From Prorocentrum cordatum (Eukaryota), in assembly GCA_963575745.1 (NCBI GenBank), contig CAUYUJ010000001.1, positions 1,240,001 through 1,304,000 of the forward strand: 64,000 nucleotides of DNA, read 5' to 3'. The notes beneath the pieces are model-generated. The model did no database searches. It was not told the origin of the DNA and was given only the letters and a program-made list of their open reading frames with translations. Positions 25,735 to 37,299 of this stretch are shown in pieces; the stretch's first letter is position 1, and every line of letters starts with the position of its first letter. Position numbers and translations under genes: made by a program.

Positions 25735-25872
25735 GGGCTTCGCCCCCTCCGCTGATCACCGATCGCAGATGCAATCGGTGATATGAAGTAATACACGGCT
25801 TAGCCCCGCCGCCGACGTTCTTAGGAGCAGGGCTTCGCCCTTTCGCCGATCACCGATTGCCTTTGCAATCCG

Positions 25873-25917
<45 letters not shown>

Positions 25918-26005
25918 ACGCGGCTCTGCCTGTCATCCGACGCCCTTAGCAACAAGGCTTCGCCCCCTCTGCTGATCACCGATTGCAATTGCAATCGGTG
26001 ATATA
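25735..26005. repeat. Three palindromic units GGCTTCGCCC…ATCACCGAT…TGCAATCGGTGAT
   Basis: Includes a perfect 28-bp palindrome ATCACCGATTGCAATTGCAATCGGTGAT at 25975-26002. Confidence 0.85.
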
Positions 26006-26344
26006 TCCGACGTCCTCAGGGCTTCCGCCCCCTCCGCCGACTTGAACGAGGGAGGGAGGAGTGAGGGGGAGGAGGAGGAGGAGGAGGAGGAGGAGGAGGA
26101 GAAGAGGAAGAGGATGAGGAGGAGGAGGAGGAGGAGGAGGAGGAGGGAGGATGAGGAGGAGGAGGAGGAGGGGGAGGAGGAGAAGGAGGAGGAGGAGGAG
26201 GAGAATGAGGAGCAGAAGCAGCAGCAGCAACAACAACAGCAAGAAAAGGACGCGGAAGAGAAGGAAGAGGAGGAGGAGAAAGAGGAGGAGGAGGAGGAGG
26301 AGGGAAATGAGGAGGAGGAGGAGGAGGAGGAGAAGGAGGAGGGG

Positions 26345-26645
26345 AATTCTTCACGCTTCGCGTATCCCCACCAGCCCATCTCAAAACAGCAACGCTTGCG
26401 AACCATGCCGACAATCGTGTTTTTCAGGCGTGTGTCCGCTTGCCCCCGCATTTCCTCCTTCCTCCCGCCTCCTTGTACATCCTCCTTGTGGTAGGAACGG
26501 GAGAAGGACGAGGCGGAGGAGGAGGGAGAGAAAGCGGTGGGAGGCAAGAGGGATTTAGCGGAGACGACGACCACAACGATGATCCTAACAACGACGACGC
26601 ACCCGACGACGACGACGAAATCGACCGCAACGACGACGACGACCA

Positions 26646-26699
<54 letters not shown>

Positions 26700-26707
26700 A
26701 GGCGGCG

Positions 26708-26741
<34 letters not shown>

Positions 26742-27785
26742 TCGGGACGACGACGACGGACGACTGACGAGGTGTTGGAGTCGTTCGGGCTCCTCGTGGT
26801 GTGAGTCGTTCGGGCGCCTCGTCCTGGTGTGAGTCGTTCGGGCCCCTCCTTCCTGGTGTGAGTCGTTCGGGCTCTTCGTGGTGTGAGTCGTTCGGGCCCC
26901 TCGTCCTGGTGTGAGCCGTTCGGGCTCCTCGTGGTTTGAGTCGTTCGGGCCTCTCGTCCTGGTGTGAGTCGTTCGGGCCTCTTCTTCCTGGTGTGAGTCG
27001 TTCGGGCTCTTCGTGGTGTGAGTCGTTCGGGCTCTTCGTCCTGGTGTGAGTCGTTCGGGCTTCTCGTGGTGTGAGTTGTTCGGGCCCCTCGTCCTGGTGT
27101 GAGTCGTTCGGGCCCCTCCTCCTGGTGTGAGTCGTTCGGGCTCCTCGTGGTTCGAGTCGTTCGGGGCCCTCGTCCTGGTGTGAGTCATTCGGGCTCCTCG
27201 CGGTGTGAGTCGTTCGGGCGCTTCGTAGTAGTAGTAGTAGTAGTAGTAGTGGACGCCTTTGGGGGCGTCTTGGGTGCCTCTTGGCGGCCCCAGGGGCTTC
27301 TAGGAACGTCTTGGGTGCCTTGGGGGAGCCTCTTCGGGCCTCTTGGGAGCCTCTTGGAGGCCGTGGCGGGCGTCTTGGGGGCCTCTTGGCGGCTCCAGGG
27401 GCTTCCAGGAACGTCTTGGGTGCCTCGGGGGAGCCTCTTGGGGCCTCTTGGGGGCCTCTTGGGGGCCTCTTGGGGGCCTCTTGGAAGCCTCTTGGGGCCT
27501 CTTGGGGCTCTTTGGGGGGTGGTCTGGGAGGTATATGGGGGCCATCTTTCGGGCGATCGATCACAACTGCATGGGGCGAGCACTTTTCTGCCTCCCCCCG
27601 TCGGGGCCAGAATCCTCGTGAGGGGTGTCGAATTTTAGTCCTCCCAGGGATAGAAAAAGTACCCTCTGACCACCCGCGAAACCCCCTCTCCAGGTCCAGG
27701 GGGAGGGGGTAGGGAGGGGGCAAACCCCTCCCCGAAGGGGAAGAGCTCGCTAAACCACTCACGCCCAAAGGGCTGGTGGGATTTT
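26345..27785. mobile_element. Probable non-autonomous repeat element with internal tandem arrays
   Basis: CCCACCAGCCC near the left end and GGGCTGGTGGGA at the right end. Contains (GAC)n, TGGTGTGAGTCGTTCGGGC tandem units and GCCTCTTGGGG units. The right-end motif recurs at ~37236-37270 and ~62545-62570. Confidence 0.55.
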
Positions 27786-27819
27786 TAAGGATGGAAAAAT
27801 TCGGAGGAGGAGGATCGCA

Positions 27820-28074
27820 GTCCGGCGAACACACCGAAAGTCCGGCGAACACACCGAAAAGTCCGGCGAACACACCGAAAAATTGAATGCAGTCCGCCGA
27901 AATTAGCGATCGCATTCAAAAATAAGCCTCGCTCCGGCTCACCCATGACCAGTTCGCCGGGATGTGCTGAAAATTTGAGCACGTGTCCGGCGAGCCGGGT
28001 TTTATGATACACTCCGGTTTGCCGGACCATGTGCTATAATTTATGACACGCCCTGGGGAATTTGATTCCCCAGG
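27820..28074 (-). repeat. Right TIR plus subterminal repeats of the 22.6-kb element
   Basis: Three copies of TCCGGCGAACACACCGAAA (~27821-27880), then GGTTTTATGATACAC, TTTATGACACG and the terminal hairpin CCTGGGGAAT-TTG-ATTCCCCAGG (28052-28074). Confidence 0.85.
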
Positions 28075-28076
28075 TA

Positions 28077-29930
28077 CAGTGGGTGCCTGATGGCGGCAGA
28101 GCAGCCCATCTTCGGCCGCCAGGGCCAGAACGACTCCACGCGCGCCCTCACTGCCGCCATGTGTGCCCGCTTCGACTGGGACCGCCTGTCGTCGACTGTG
28201 CCCTCGGCCCACGACGCCCGTCAGTTCGGCGCGCTCGCCCGCGGTCTGCAGCCGTTCCTGCGCCACGCGCCCTGGCCGGCAGAGGGGGGATTCCCCGGGG
28301 TGGCGGGGGCCGTGCCAGGGGAGGATCGAGGGGGTTTGGCCGTCTCGGCGCCTTCCTGTGGCTGGCCGTCTGCGGGGTCTCCGGGGGCCACCTTGGGCCG
28401 TCTGGGGGTTCTTCAGGCCGTCTTGGGTTTCCCTGGGCCTTCTCGGGGCTCTCGCGGGGCTTACGCGGCCTTTTTTGGGGTCGCTCTTATTCCCTGGGGC
28501 AGCGGTTCTGGAGTAGAACGGCGCGGCCCCAGAGTAATGCGGGGCGGCTCTGCCCCCGGGGTGCGGCGGTTCTGGCGCGCAACGGGCCGTCTCGGGCTGA
28601 GGGGAGGTGCCCTCGCGCCGTCTGCCCCTCAGGCGGCGCGCTTGGCCCGCCGAGATAGACTTGCTGACGCAGCACGTCCTTCTCATGCGGAGGGCGCGGG
28701 CGCGGGCAGGCCAGACCGGGCCCGGACGGCGGCGCGTGACCCGCTGCTATCCGTCCGCGCAGCGATTCTTGCACCTCTGGGCCCAGTCCCGCGGACCTCC
28801 GCCTGGGGCCCTCGCCTCGCGTCCGCGACGCCGACGTGGCTTGCGTCGAAGGCGGCCAGCTTCCTGGGTGACGCGCTGGTGCCGAGGCCGGAGCCGCCAT
28901 CCGCACCGTGGGAGCCGGGCAAGCGCTTTGCCGTGTTCTCGAAGGCACTGGTACCGATCGGCAGGCGTCGTGGCCCGCGCGGTGATCCCTGGCGGCCTGG
29001 CCCCGGCGGCCTTGCCCGCGCGGTGATCCCAGGGCGGAGGGGCGGCATCGTGCACGTCGAGTCCGTGCTGCGGGAGATCGACGGATCCGCGGTCAGCGCC
29101 GCTCTGGACTCGGATCCATATTTCGCCACTGGCGGCCGCGCGGCGGCGGACGCGAGCCAAGTGGGCAGCGCCATCGCCTGGCACGCGGTGCGAATTCACC
29201 ACCACTGCCGGACCGCGGGCTCGGCGGAAGCTCCCTGCGAGCGCGCGGGCAGCCTAATGTGGTCGAAGGGCCGCGGCCACAATCCGGGCGCTCTGATGGA
29301 CGAGGTCGCGCTGCGCGACGCGAAGGTCACCGTCGTCGGGGGCGCCCGGGGCGAAATGATCGCGCAGGAAGCGTCGGACACCTTGCCCGCGATTGGACGG
29401 CGGCCGCTGGCGAAGCCCCGGGCGGCGAAGCGCCGCCAGACCGAGGAGGCGGCGGACTCGCTGCCGATCGACCGGACGCGGGCCGAGGCATGGCAGAGGG
29501 CGCCCTGGCAGTTTCTGGCCGGCGCTTTCGCAAGCCCGAAGTTTTCAGCAGCGACGAGGGTTCTGGGCCGGGCGAGATGGAGATAACCCGCGGGTTGGCG
29601 TTGGGCGCAGCGGGCGCTGCGTCGCCCGCGCCAGCATGGTCTGCCCCGCTCAGCCAGCCCAAGGATGTCGCGGAAGGGAGGAGGGCGCGCCAGGCGGCAG
29701 TTTTGCCAGCCACGCGGCTGCCACCAGCCGCATTGGAGGAGATGCGGCGGGCAACGCCCGACGGACGCGTGCAGCAACTTCCGCTGTTTGTCCAGGACCC
29801 CCGCGCGGCGGCGCGACCCCGCGCCGGTTCTGCAGCGCGCGCCTCCATGGCGCAGTGGCTGGACAGCGCGGAGGGCCGGCGATGGCAAATTGAGCGGAAG
29901 GAGCGGTACGATTGCGCAGCGCAGAGAGAA
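28077..29930 (+). pseudogene. 3' part of the decayed hAT-like transposase gene
   Basis: SGCLMAAEQPIFG… continues the left part. RIHHHCRTAGSAEAPCERAGSLM resembles the hAT C-terminal S.A..ER.FS motif. Several frameshifts are present. Confidence 0.6.
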
Positions 29931-29939
29931 CGTCGGCCG

Positions 29940-30780
29940 CCGCCATGCCGATGCCACGCCGTGGCCGTGATGATGCCATGCTGATGCCGCGCTGCTGCCC
30001 TGCCGATGCCTTGCTGCTGCCATGCCTCTGCCATGCCGCTGCCGTGCTGTTGCCATGCCGCCGCCCTGCAGCTGCCATGCTGCCGCCATGCCGTTGCCTC
30101 GCAGATCCCGCGCGGACGCCGCGCAGATGCCACGCCGTCGCCTCTTTGTCGCCACGCTGCCGCCGAGTTGCGGACGCGCCGATGCCGGGCCTCTCCTATG
30201 CTGGTGCCGCGCCGATGCCTTGCTGCTAACATGCCGCTGCCCTGCTGCTGCCATGCTGTCTCCGTGCTGCTGCCGCGCTGTTACCGAGTTGTTGCCGCGC
30301 TGCTGCCGCCCAGTCGCTATGCAGCGGCCGCGCGGTCGCCTTGCCATGCCGAGCCGCGGCCGCGCCGCTGCCAGGCAGTCAGCATGCAGTTGCCACGCTG
30401 CTGCCGCGCTGTCGCCTTGCCGCTGCCGCGCCGAGCCGTTGCCATGCTGCCGCCGGGCCCTTGCCTCGCTTCAGCCGCGCCGATGCCAGGCTGCTGCCAT
30501 GCCGTCGCCATGCGGTTGCCATGCTGACTCAGGGCTGCTGCCATGCCGTCGCCATGCCTCTCCCATTCCGATGCCATGTTGTTGTCATGCCGTTGCCATG
30601 CCGTCCATGCTGTTGCCATGCTATTGCCATTCCGTCTCCATGTTGTTGCCATGCTGCTGCCATGTTGTTGCCATGTTGTTGCATACCGTTGCCATGCCAG
30701 CCATGATGTTGCCATGCCGTTCCCATGCCGTTGCCATGCCGTTGCCATGCCGTTGCCGTGCTGCTGCTGCCGCCGCTGCC
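29940..30780. repeat. Degenerate GCCATGCCGTT/GCTGCC minisatellite
   Basis: Directly visible low-complexity repeat. Confidence 0.85.
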
Positions 30781-31088
30781 TGTCCTTCTGCTCCCCCTCC
30801 TCCTCCTCCTCCTCCTCCTCCTCCTCCTCCTCCTCCTTCTCCTCCTCCTCCTCCTCCCCCTCCTCCCCCCCTTCCTCCCCCCCCCCTGCCTCCTCCCCCG
30901 CCTCCTCCCGCGATATCGCACAGCTTTGAGGATTTCGTCCCAGGGGCGGTGGACGCGTAGAAATCCCGACCTTGCAGCCCCCCCCCGCTGGATGGGGAGG
31001 AGGAGCAGACAGGATAATGTGCGAGGGCAGCCTGCTCCAGCGCTCGCGCCGCCGCCGCCGCCGCCGCAACCGCTGCCACCGCCGCCGC

Positions 31089-31119
<31 letters not shown>

Positions 31120-33252
31120 TTCGTCGTCGTCGTCGGTTCTTCGCCGGCGTCGCGGTCGTCGCCGCCGTCGTCGTCAGCGTCGTCGTCGTCTGCGCCGCCG
31201 CCGTCGGAGCAAGATAGGCTTCGACTTGCTCCCCGGATCACCCCGCCGGGGCCCCTGGGGGGCGGCCTCGCCCAGGCGCGACTTCCGACCGCCCCGGGGC
31301 TCCGCCCTCGCCGTCGTCGCCGTTGCCATCGCCGTCGTCGACGCTGTCGTCGCCGGACCGAAATCGACCAAGGATCCGGCCCCCGGACCTCCTTTCCCTG
31401 GGACCATTTGGGACAGTCCTTGTCGGATCGATCTCCGACGGTCCTGGAGCCCGACATTTCGACGACTCCAAGATACAAGATAGAGCCCCTTTGTCGATGC
31501 CGCCGCCGCCGCCGCCGTCGCCGCCGTCGCCCCGCAGGCTGACCAGCCGACCTCCCCCGCGGGGGCTCGGGCGCCGACGCGGCAGATGTGGGGCGCCGAC
31601 GCGATCGGGCCCCTGGAGACGTCGACGACGGTGGAGGCCCCGCCTGCCTCTCAGACCCGATTCCCGTCGAAGTTCCGAAGTCGTCGAGGTTCGCAGATGG
31701 ACCCTCGAAGATCGCGGCTCGAGGCCCTTTGGATTTCGGCCCCCCCCTCTTCGCTGTAGCTGGACGCAGATTGGCCAGTTTGCGCGTTCTGCCCCAGGGA
31801 GGGGCATGGGAGCGCATCTGCAGCCTCCGAGGGCCGCCCCCCGGCCCCGGGACTGTCCGAAAATCGATTCGCGCCCGGGGGGGTCGTCGAGACCTCTGGG
31901 GGGGGCCCGTCGGGAAGAAATCGCGACGTCGGGGGAGAGGCCCCTCGCGCTGGGTCGACCCCCGCGGTCTTCACCTGCGTGCCAGCAGCAGCAGCACCCC
32001 ATGGCATACCAACAGAAATAGCATTGCCGAAAGCATTCAGCAATACAGACAGCACGGCAACAGCATTCAGCATAGCATGAAGCTGCCAGCAGGATTCAGT
32101 TCAGGGGCCGTGTAAGACCTTCCGGCCCCACGCAGCGGTTTTGGCCCAGGCCTCTGATTCCGTCGGCCCGCCCCTTTCAAGACGGCGCCATGGCGCCGAA
32201 GAAGCGCGGCGCTCCTCCAGGCCCCCGCGGGCCCCGGCCGGCCGCGGCTCATGCGCTGGCCCCGCTTGCGCCGCCCGTGCCGACGCTGCTGACGCTCGAG
32301 CCGGCGAAGGGGGTCAAGGTGAAGCAGAAGATGCGCAAGATGCGCCGCCAGGTCGCCGCGGAGAAGCTGAAGAACAGGCTGCTGATGAATAGGCCGAGGT
32401 CAACGCGCACGCGCATGGCTCGGATCGAGGACGCGGCGGCGGCCGCGCTGCAGGGCGATGAGAGGGCCGCCGACCAGCATAACGGCATCGTCAAGGCGGC
32501 GAAGAATACGCCTTTCCCAGGGCGCTGACTGCCAGTCCGCGCCGCCCCTCACGGCTATCCTCGGGCATCGAGTGCCAGCTTGCGCCTTTCCCAGGGCCGC
32601 GCGGGAACAAGGAAACTGGCCGCAGAAGAATTCTTCCTTTCCTCCATTAGGTGTTGCTTCCAGGCTAGGGCCGAGGGCCCTCGCGCGCCATTCACCCAGG
32701 AGGTCGCGCAGGGTTGGCCCAGGCACCGTCTTTCGCACCCTGAAGGTCTGCCAACCCAAGTGCTGGCGAAGAGCCCAACCACGAGCCCAACCTTTGAGAT
32801 CGTCATCGCCAGATCGTCGTCGACATAGTCGCGACGAGCCCAACCAAAGTGGCGGTGAAGAGCCCAGGCGGCGGACGCGGCTGCAGGTGCAGGCGGCTAG
32901 GTCTCCCGGCCGTGCTGTCCCTGATTATGACCACGCAGTCTGCTGCCAACATCAGGTCTCGCCTGTCGACTTTAAGGCCTGGGCGCCTAGGGGCCAGGCA
33001 GGAAGCCTCTCCCTCATCGGGGTCGGGCAGGGTTGCTGTCGGCGAAGAGCCCCTCCTGAGCCCCGTCGTTCCAGGTGCCCTGGAAGTTCGTTTCCCAAGT
33101 GGCAGTGGGACCGCGGCCCGAGACCCCAGCCCCGTCCGCCCCCGGCCGCTCTCAGCGCTCGCGGCTGCCCGTGACCATTTTGGCTCAAGTTCGGCCGCGC
33201 GGTCGCAGTCTCTGCGCGGGGTCCGCACCTGCCCCCCAGACATCCGATGCCG

Positions 33253-33290
<38 letters not shown>

Positions 33291-34092
33291 TTCCTAACGG
33301 GTGCACTTGCACCTGGTGGTTCGTTGTAGCGCGTGGTTCGTATCCGCGGCGTTGTGCGTCGTTACTAGCTCGTTGCGGCTGGGCAGTTGGACAAGGTTGT
33401 AGTTGGTAGTGCGTCGTACATGCTGGGATATGAGGGATAGGATGGGTAGGAGGGACACATGATATCATGCACATGGGGTATATGATGGATAGGAGGGATG
33501 CGAGGGCAAAGGGGGACAGGAGGGATATGCCGGATATGGGGGATACGCCTGAGCAGAGGCATAGGCCTGAGCAGAGGCATGGCAGGGAGAAGAGGGACAC
33601 ACAATGTCCAAACAGCGAGCGTTCGAAGTTGAACGCCGCCAGCAGCCATTCGTTCAACATTGAACGGCATGCGCTTTCGGCGAGCCGCGATCGTCAGAGG
33701 TTGAACCAGTCGCGCAAAGTCAGAGACCAACGCCGAGGTCGTCGCGGCACGAACCTACCGTACTCCGATCTTGGCCAGGCCCACCTAGGGCCCAGAGACC
33801 GATGCGATCCCTCAACGAGTTGCGCCTCGAGGCGAGACCAGACGTGCGATGCCCGGATTTCTTCTACTGTAGGGAGGGGTCCGTGGCTGCATCTCCTGGT
33901 GATCTACAGATTGGCATGGTGACCACTACCAAAAAGCACTGTGCTTGTTGGTGCTGTTTTCTGCATGGTTCTTGCACTTCATTCATCCATGCGAACATCG
34001 CACTTCAATGATTCCTGCACTTCTCCACATAGCCGTTTGGCACATAGCCGTTTTGGCCCAAGGCCCAGAGGCTCCCAGCGGGCCATTTTGGC

Positions 34093-34404
34093 ATGCCCAG
34101 GTGCGACTACTGCAGGTCTCCTTGTGGCTGGCACTCGTTTCCGGGGCTGCAACGCAGCCCTTCCGTGGTAAGTTGCCTCCACTGCTGGTTCGACCCCGAC
34201 CACAACTGGGAGTTCGACAACGAGGACGACCCAGTGACGGACTGGCTGGCCGACGAGGAGGCCAGCGAGAGCGAGGAGAGCAGCGTCGCGCCAGACACGG
34301 AGCCCGACAGCGACGAGGAGGCAGAGGGCCCCGTGGAGGAGCCAGAGCCCGAGCCAGAGCCCGAGCCAGACTCTGCGACTGCTAAAAGGCGCCGCTTGCA
34401 GTGA
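34093..34404 (+). CDS. Small CxxC…CxxC zinc-binding, acidic protein ending in an NLS-like KRRR
   Basis: MPRCDYC…SCLHCW…acidic…AKRRRLQ*. GC3-rich codons. Its stop overlaps the next ATG (TGATG). Confidence 0.5.
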   Translation: MPRCDYCRSPCGWHSFPGLQRSPSVVSCLHCWFDPDHNWEFDNEDDPVTDWLADEEASESEESSVAPDTEPDSDEEAEGPVEEPEPEPEPEPDSATAKRRRLQ

Positions 34405-36280
34405 TGCCGAAGCTTCAGCAGCGAGTGCGCCAGCACTGCAGCAAGGCTGGCCACAACCTCAGGAGCTGCCCCAAGCTCGCCCAGCAGCTCCTCCGCAGCG
34501 CGCAGAAGGCCCACTCCCCAAGCGCCGTGGTGGACGCGCTCAAGGCAGGCGGGTCGGGCCTCAAGGTGACGGGGACACAGGCGAAGTTCATCCACCGCAA
34601 GGCCCACAAGCTGCAGCGCAGGGTGTCGCACAAGGGCAGCCGCAGGGTCCACGCGGGCACGCCTTCCCCCCTGGGAGACACACGTGGAGGAAGAGACGAA
34701 GAGGGGGAGGCGGAGGAGGAGACGGAGGAGGAGGAGGAGGACGACGACGACGGGAGGGGGGAGAAGGAGAAACAGGAGGAACACCTACTTGCCTTCATCG
34801 CCGCGGACGGACAAGGCTCGACCAACTAACTAGACACAGAGGTATCTCCCATCGGGCACGGCGCGCCTGCGAAGGTCTCCACGGCCAGGAAGGCAGCGAA
34901 GGGGCGCAAGAAGGCGGCGAACGAGAGGCGCCGCTGCTTGACCAGGAGCACCATGGACGAGGCAAAGCTGGCCTTGGCAGCAAAGCAGAGCATGGCCAAA
35001 GCGTGGAAGACTCTGGCCAAGTGGCTCTTGGCCAAGGCGGGTGCGCGCGGTAGCAGCAGGAGCTACCCTTGCCCTCGGCGCCACGCAGGCTGCACCTGCA
35101 CCAAGCTCGACGGACACGGCCAGACAGGGAACGGCCCGCAGACCAAGCGGAAGAAGGCGCTCCAGGCCACGCTGGCGGTCAAGAAGAGAAAGCTCACCTC
35201 GGTCTTCTTTCGGGGCAGCAGATGCGGTGACATCTACAATGGCATCAAAGTCTGCGTTCTCCCCCAGGTCAAGTACCCGTTCCCACTGCCTGCGCTCGTG
35301 GAGTTTGTAGAGAAGTACCATGCAGCCACCAGGCCCGAGCTGCAGCAGCTCTGCACGGATGTCGGCATGTCTCGCTCTCGCTCCATCATGGAGCTCCGTC
35401 GCTGGCTCCGCCGGCAGGAGGTGGACCTCGGCTACGAGGAGACGCAGGCCATGACGCTCAAGGGCGTCGTCGAGGGCGACGGCACTGGCCTGAAACTCCC
35501 CAAGCACAAGGGGGGGAACTGCCACGTGGCACTGCGGGGTTTGGCGAAGCGGTCCCGCTGTTCGGCCGTGCCGCGAACAGTGGTGCACTTCGTGCCCGTC
35601 AAAAAGGTTGCGCCCAATGCCGTGCGCCCGGTAGTGTGAGGAGTAAAACAAGACAGGCCAGCTCTCTTGGCCCTCCCCCCCCCCCTGCCTTCGTCGGATG
35701 GAGGAGCGGGGGTGACAGGAGGGAGGGGCGGGACAGAGGAGGAGGAGGAGGAGGAAAAGGAAAAGGAAAAGGAAAAGGAGGAGGAGGAGGAGGAGGAGGA
35801 GGAGGAGGAGGAGGAGTGGGGGCGACGAAGGCAGGGAGGGTGGAGGGCCAAGGGAGCTGACCTGTAGTGATTCCCTCCTCCCAGGTCGAGTGCCGCGAGG
35901 ACGTCTTGGCGTCGGGCGGCCTTGGCCACGTCGCGAACAAGTCGGTGCTGGTCTCTGACGGTGCTCGTTTGTACGCTGGCCTGGCTCGTGAGCATGGCCT
36001 ACCCCATCGATTCTGTGTACGTTCCAAGGGGATATAGAATGAGAAGACGCGTGTGCGCGGGCATGGCACACTCGATGTGAACACAGGTCTGATCGATGAG
36101 CGGCGGCCTCGCATCACGGAGTGGATTCCGAAGGGAATCTGGGGGAGCGACGGCGAGGGCAACCTGAACGTGGAGCTCTGGAGCTACGTCTACCAGTGGT
36201 GGTTTCGATGCCATCATCCTTTGAAAGCGGACAGGCAGGCGCGCTTGGCCGAGTACTGGGGGCGCGGGGCACCTAGGCCT
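34404..36280 (+). pseudogene. Merlin/ISXO2-like transposase, spliced and decayed
   Basis: N-terminal zinc knuckle (R/C)QHCSKAGHNLRSC, LKGVVEGDGT (D1), VLVSDGARLYAGL (D2), HRFCVRSKG, VNTGLID (third acidic residue), LWSYVYQWWFR. GGA-rich introns at ~34646-34840 and ~35635-35884. Internal TAG near 36035. Confidence 0.7.
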
Positions 36281-37299
36281 TGCGAGCAAAAAGAGCAAAA
36301 AGAGCAAAGCGCTCTGAGGCTCCCTGAGCCTCCCTGGGCCTCCCTGAGGCTCCCTGGGGCTCCCTGAGACTCTCGGGGGCTCTCCGCGGCTCCCTGAGGC
36401 CCCCTGAAGCTTTCTGAGGCTCTCTGAGGTTCTCTGAGGTTCCCTGAGGCTCCCTGAGGCTCTCTGAAGCTCCCTGAGGCGCACTGGGGCTCACTGAGGC
36501 TCCCTGAGGCTCCCTGAAGCTCTCTGGGCCTCCCTGATGCCCCTCTTCACTTACACAGATGTACACATACACACATACATACACATCTACATATACCCTA
36601 TGCACATATGTATACACATACACCTACTTACAAACACAAAGAAACAGATACGCGCATGTACTACACATATCATACATCGTGCACCAGGTGCAAGTGCACT
36701 CGCAGGGATATATTTCTATTATATTTGCGTTTCCAATTCGGGTCCCCGGCGGCCCCCAGAGGCCCCGACACCTTCCCGCCTGAGACGACTTTTGACGGCC
36801 CCGGCGCCCGCCCAGGGGTTCCGGACGCCGACAATAGAGAAAAACATGTGGTTCGAAAAATCACGACGTCGGTCCCTTCAAGTTTCTGCAAGTCCTCTTG
36901 GAGCGGCCCGGATGCCGCTTGGCGGTCTTGGGGGCTTCTTAGAGCGTCTCGGGTGCATCGGGGGAGCCTCGTGGGAGGCCTCTCGGGGGTCTCTGGGAGC
37001 CTCTTGGGGGCCTCTTGGGAGCTCGCGGGAGCGGCGGGGGTCATCTTGGGGCAATTTTGGAGGAGTTCGATCACAAAGGCGGCGGTGAAATTAGCCCCCC
37101 CCCCCCCAGGAGGCCGAAATGGGCCCAAAACCTAAGTAAAATCAATGAATTGCCGAGGCTTTGCACGCTCCAATCTGCAGCGGGAAACCCCATCCAGGTG
37201 GCCCAGGGAGAAGAAGGGTGATGGAAGAGGAATCGCTAAACCACTCACGCCTTGAAGGGCTGGTGGGATTAGGTGATGTTCGGGAAATGTATTCATTTC

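Larger units (their letters stand above)
5475..28074 (+). mobile_element. Large (22.6 kb) TIR DNA transposon with TA target-site duplication, carrying a CMC/Plavaka-like transposase, a DNMT-like gene and other cargo
   Basis: Left end TA|CCTGGGGAATCCAATTC (TA 5473-5474). Right end GAATTTGATTCCCCAGG|TA (TA 28075-28076). The first 17 bp match at 16/17 as an inverted repeat, continuing as GGCGCGTCAT vs GGCGTGTCAT. Excision rejoins ORF 4597.. and ORF 28090.. in frame. Confidence 0.9.
33298..36702 (+). mobile_element. Merlin/IS1595(ISXO2)-like DNA transposon with 21-bp TIRs
   Basis: CGGGTGCACTTGCACCTGGTG (33298-33318) vs CACCAGGTGCAAGTGCACTCG (36682-36702), 20/21 inverted match, enclosing a transposase pseudogene. 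Confidence 0.72.

Noticed and set aside
25933..27915. 660-aa minus-strand ORF
   Set aside because: Built almost entirely from tandem repeats and microsatellites.
32190..32528. 112-aa Lys/Arg-rich ORF (MAPKKRG…)
   Set aside because: It looks coding-like but has no recognisable domain or supported gene structure. It may be a decayed TE gene.
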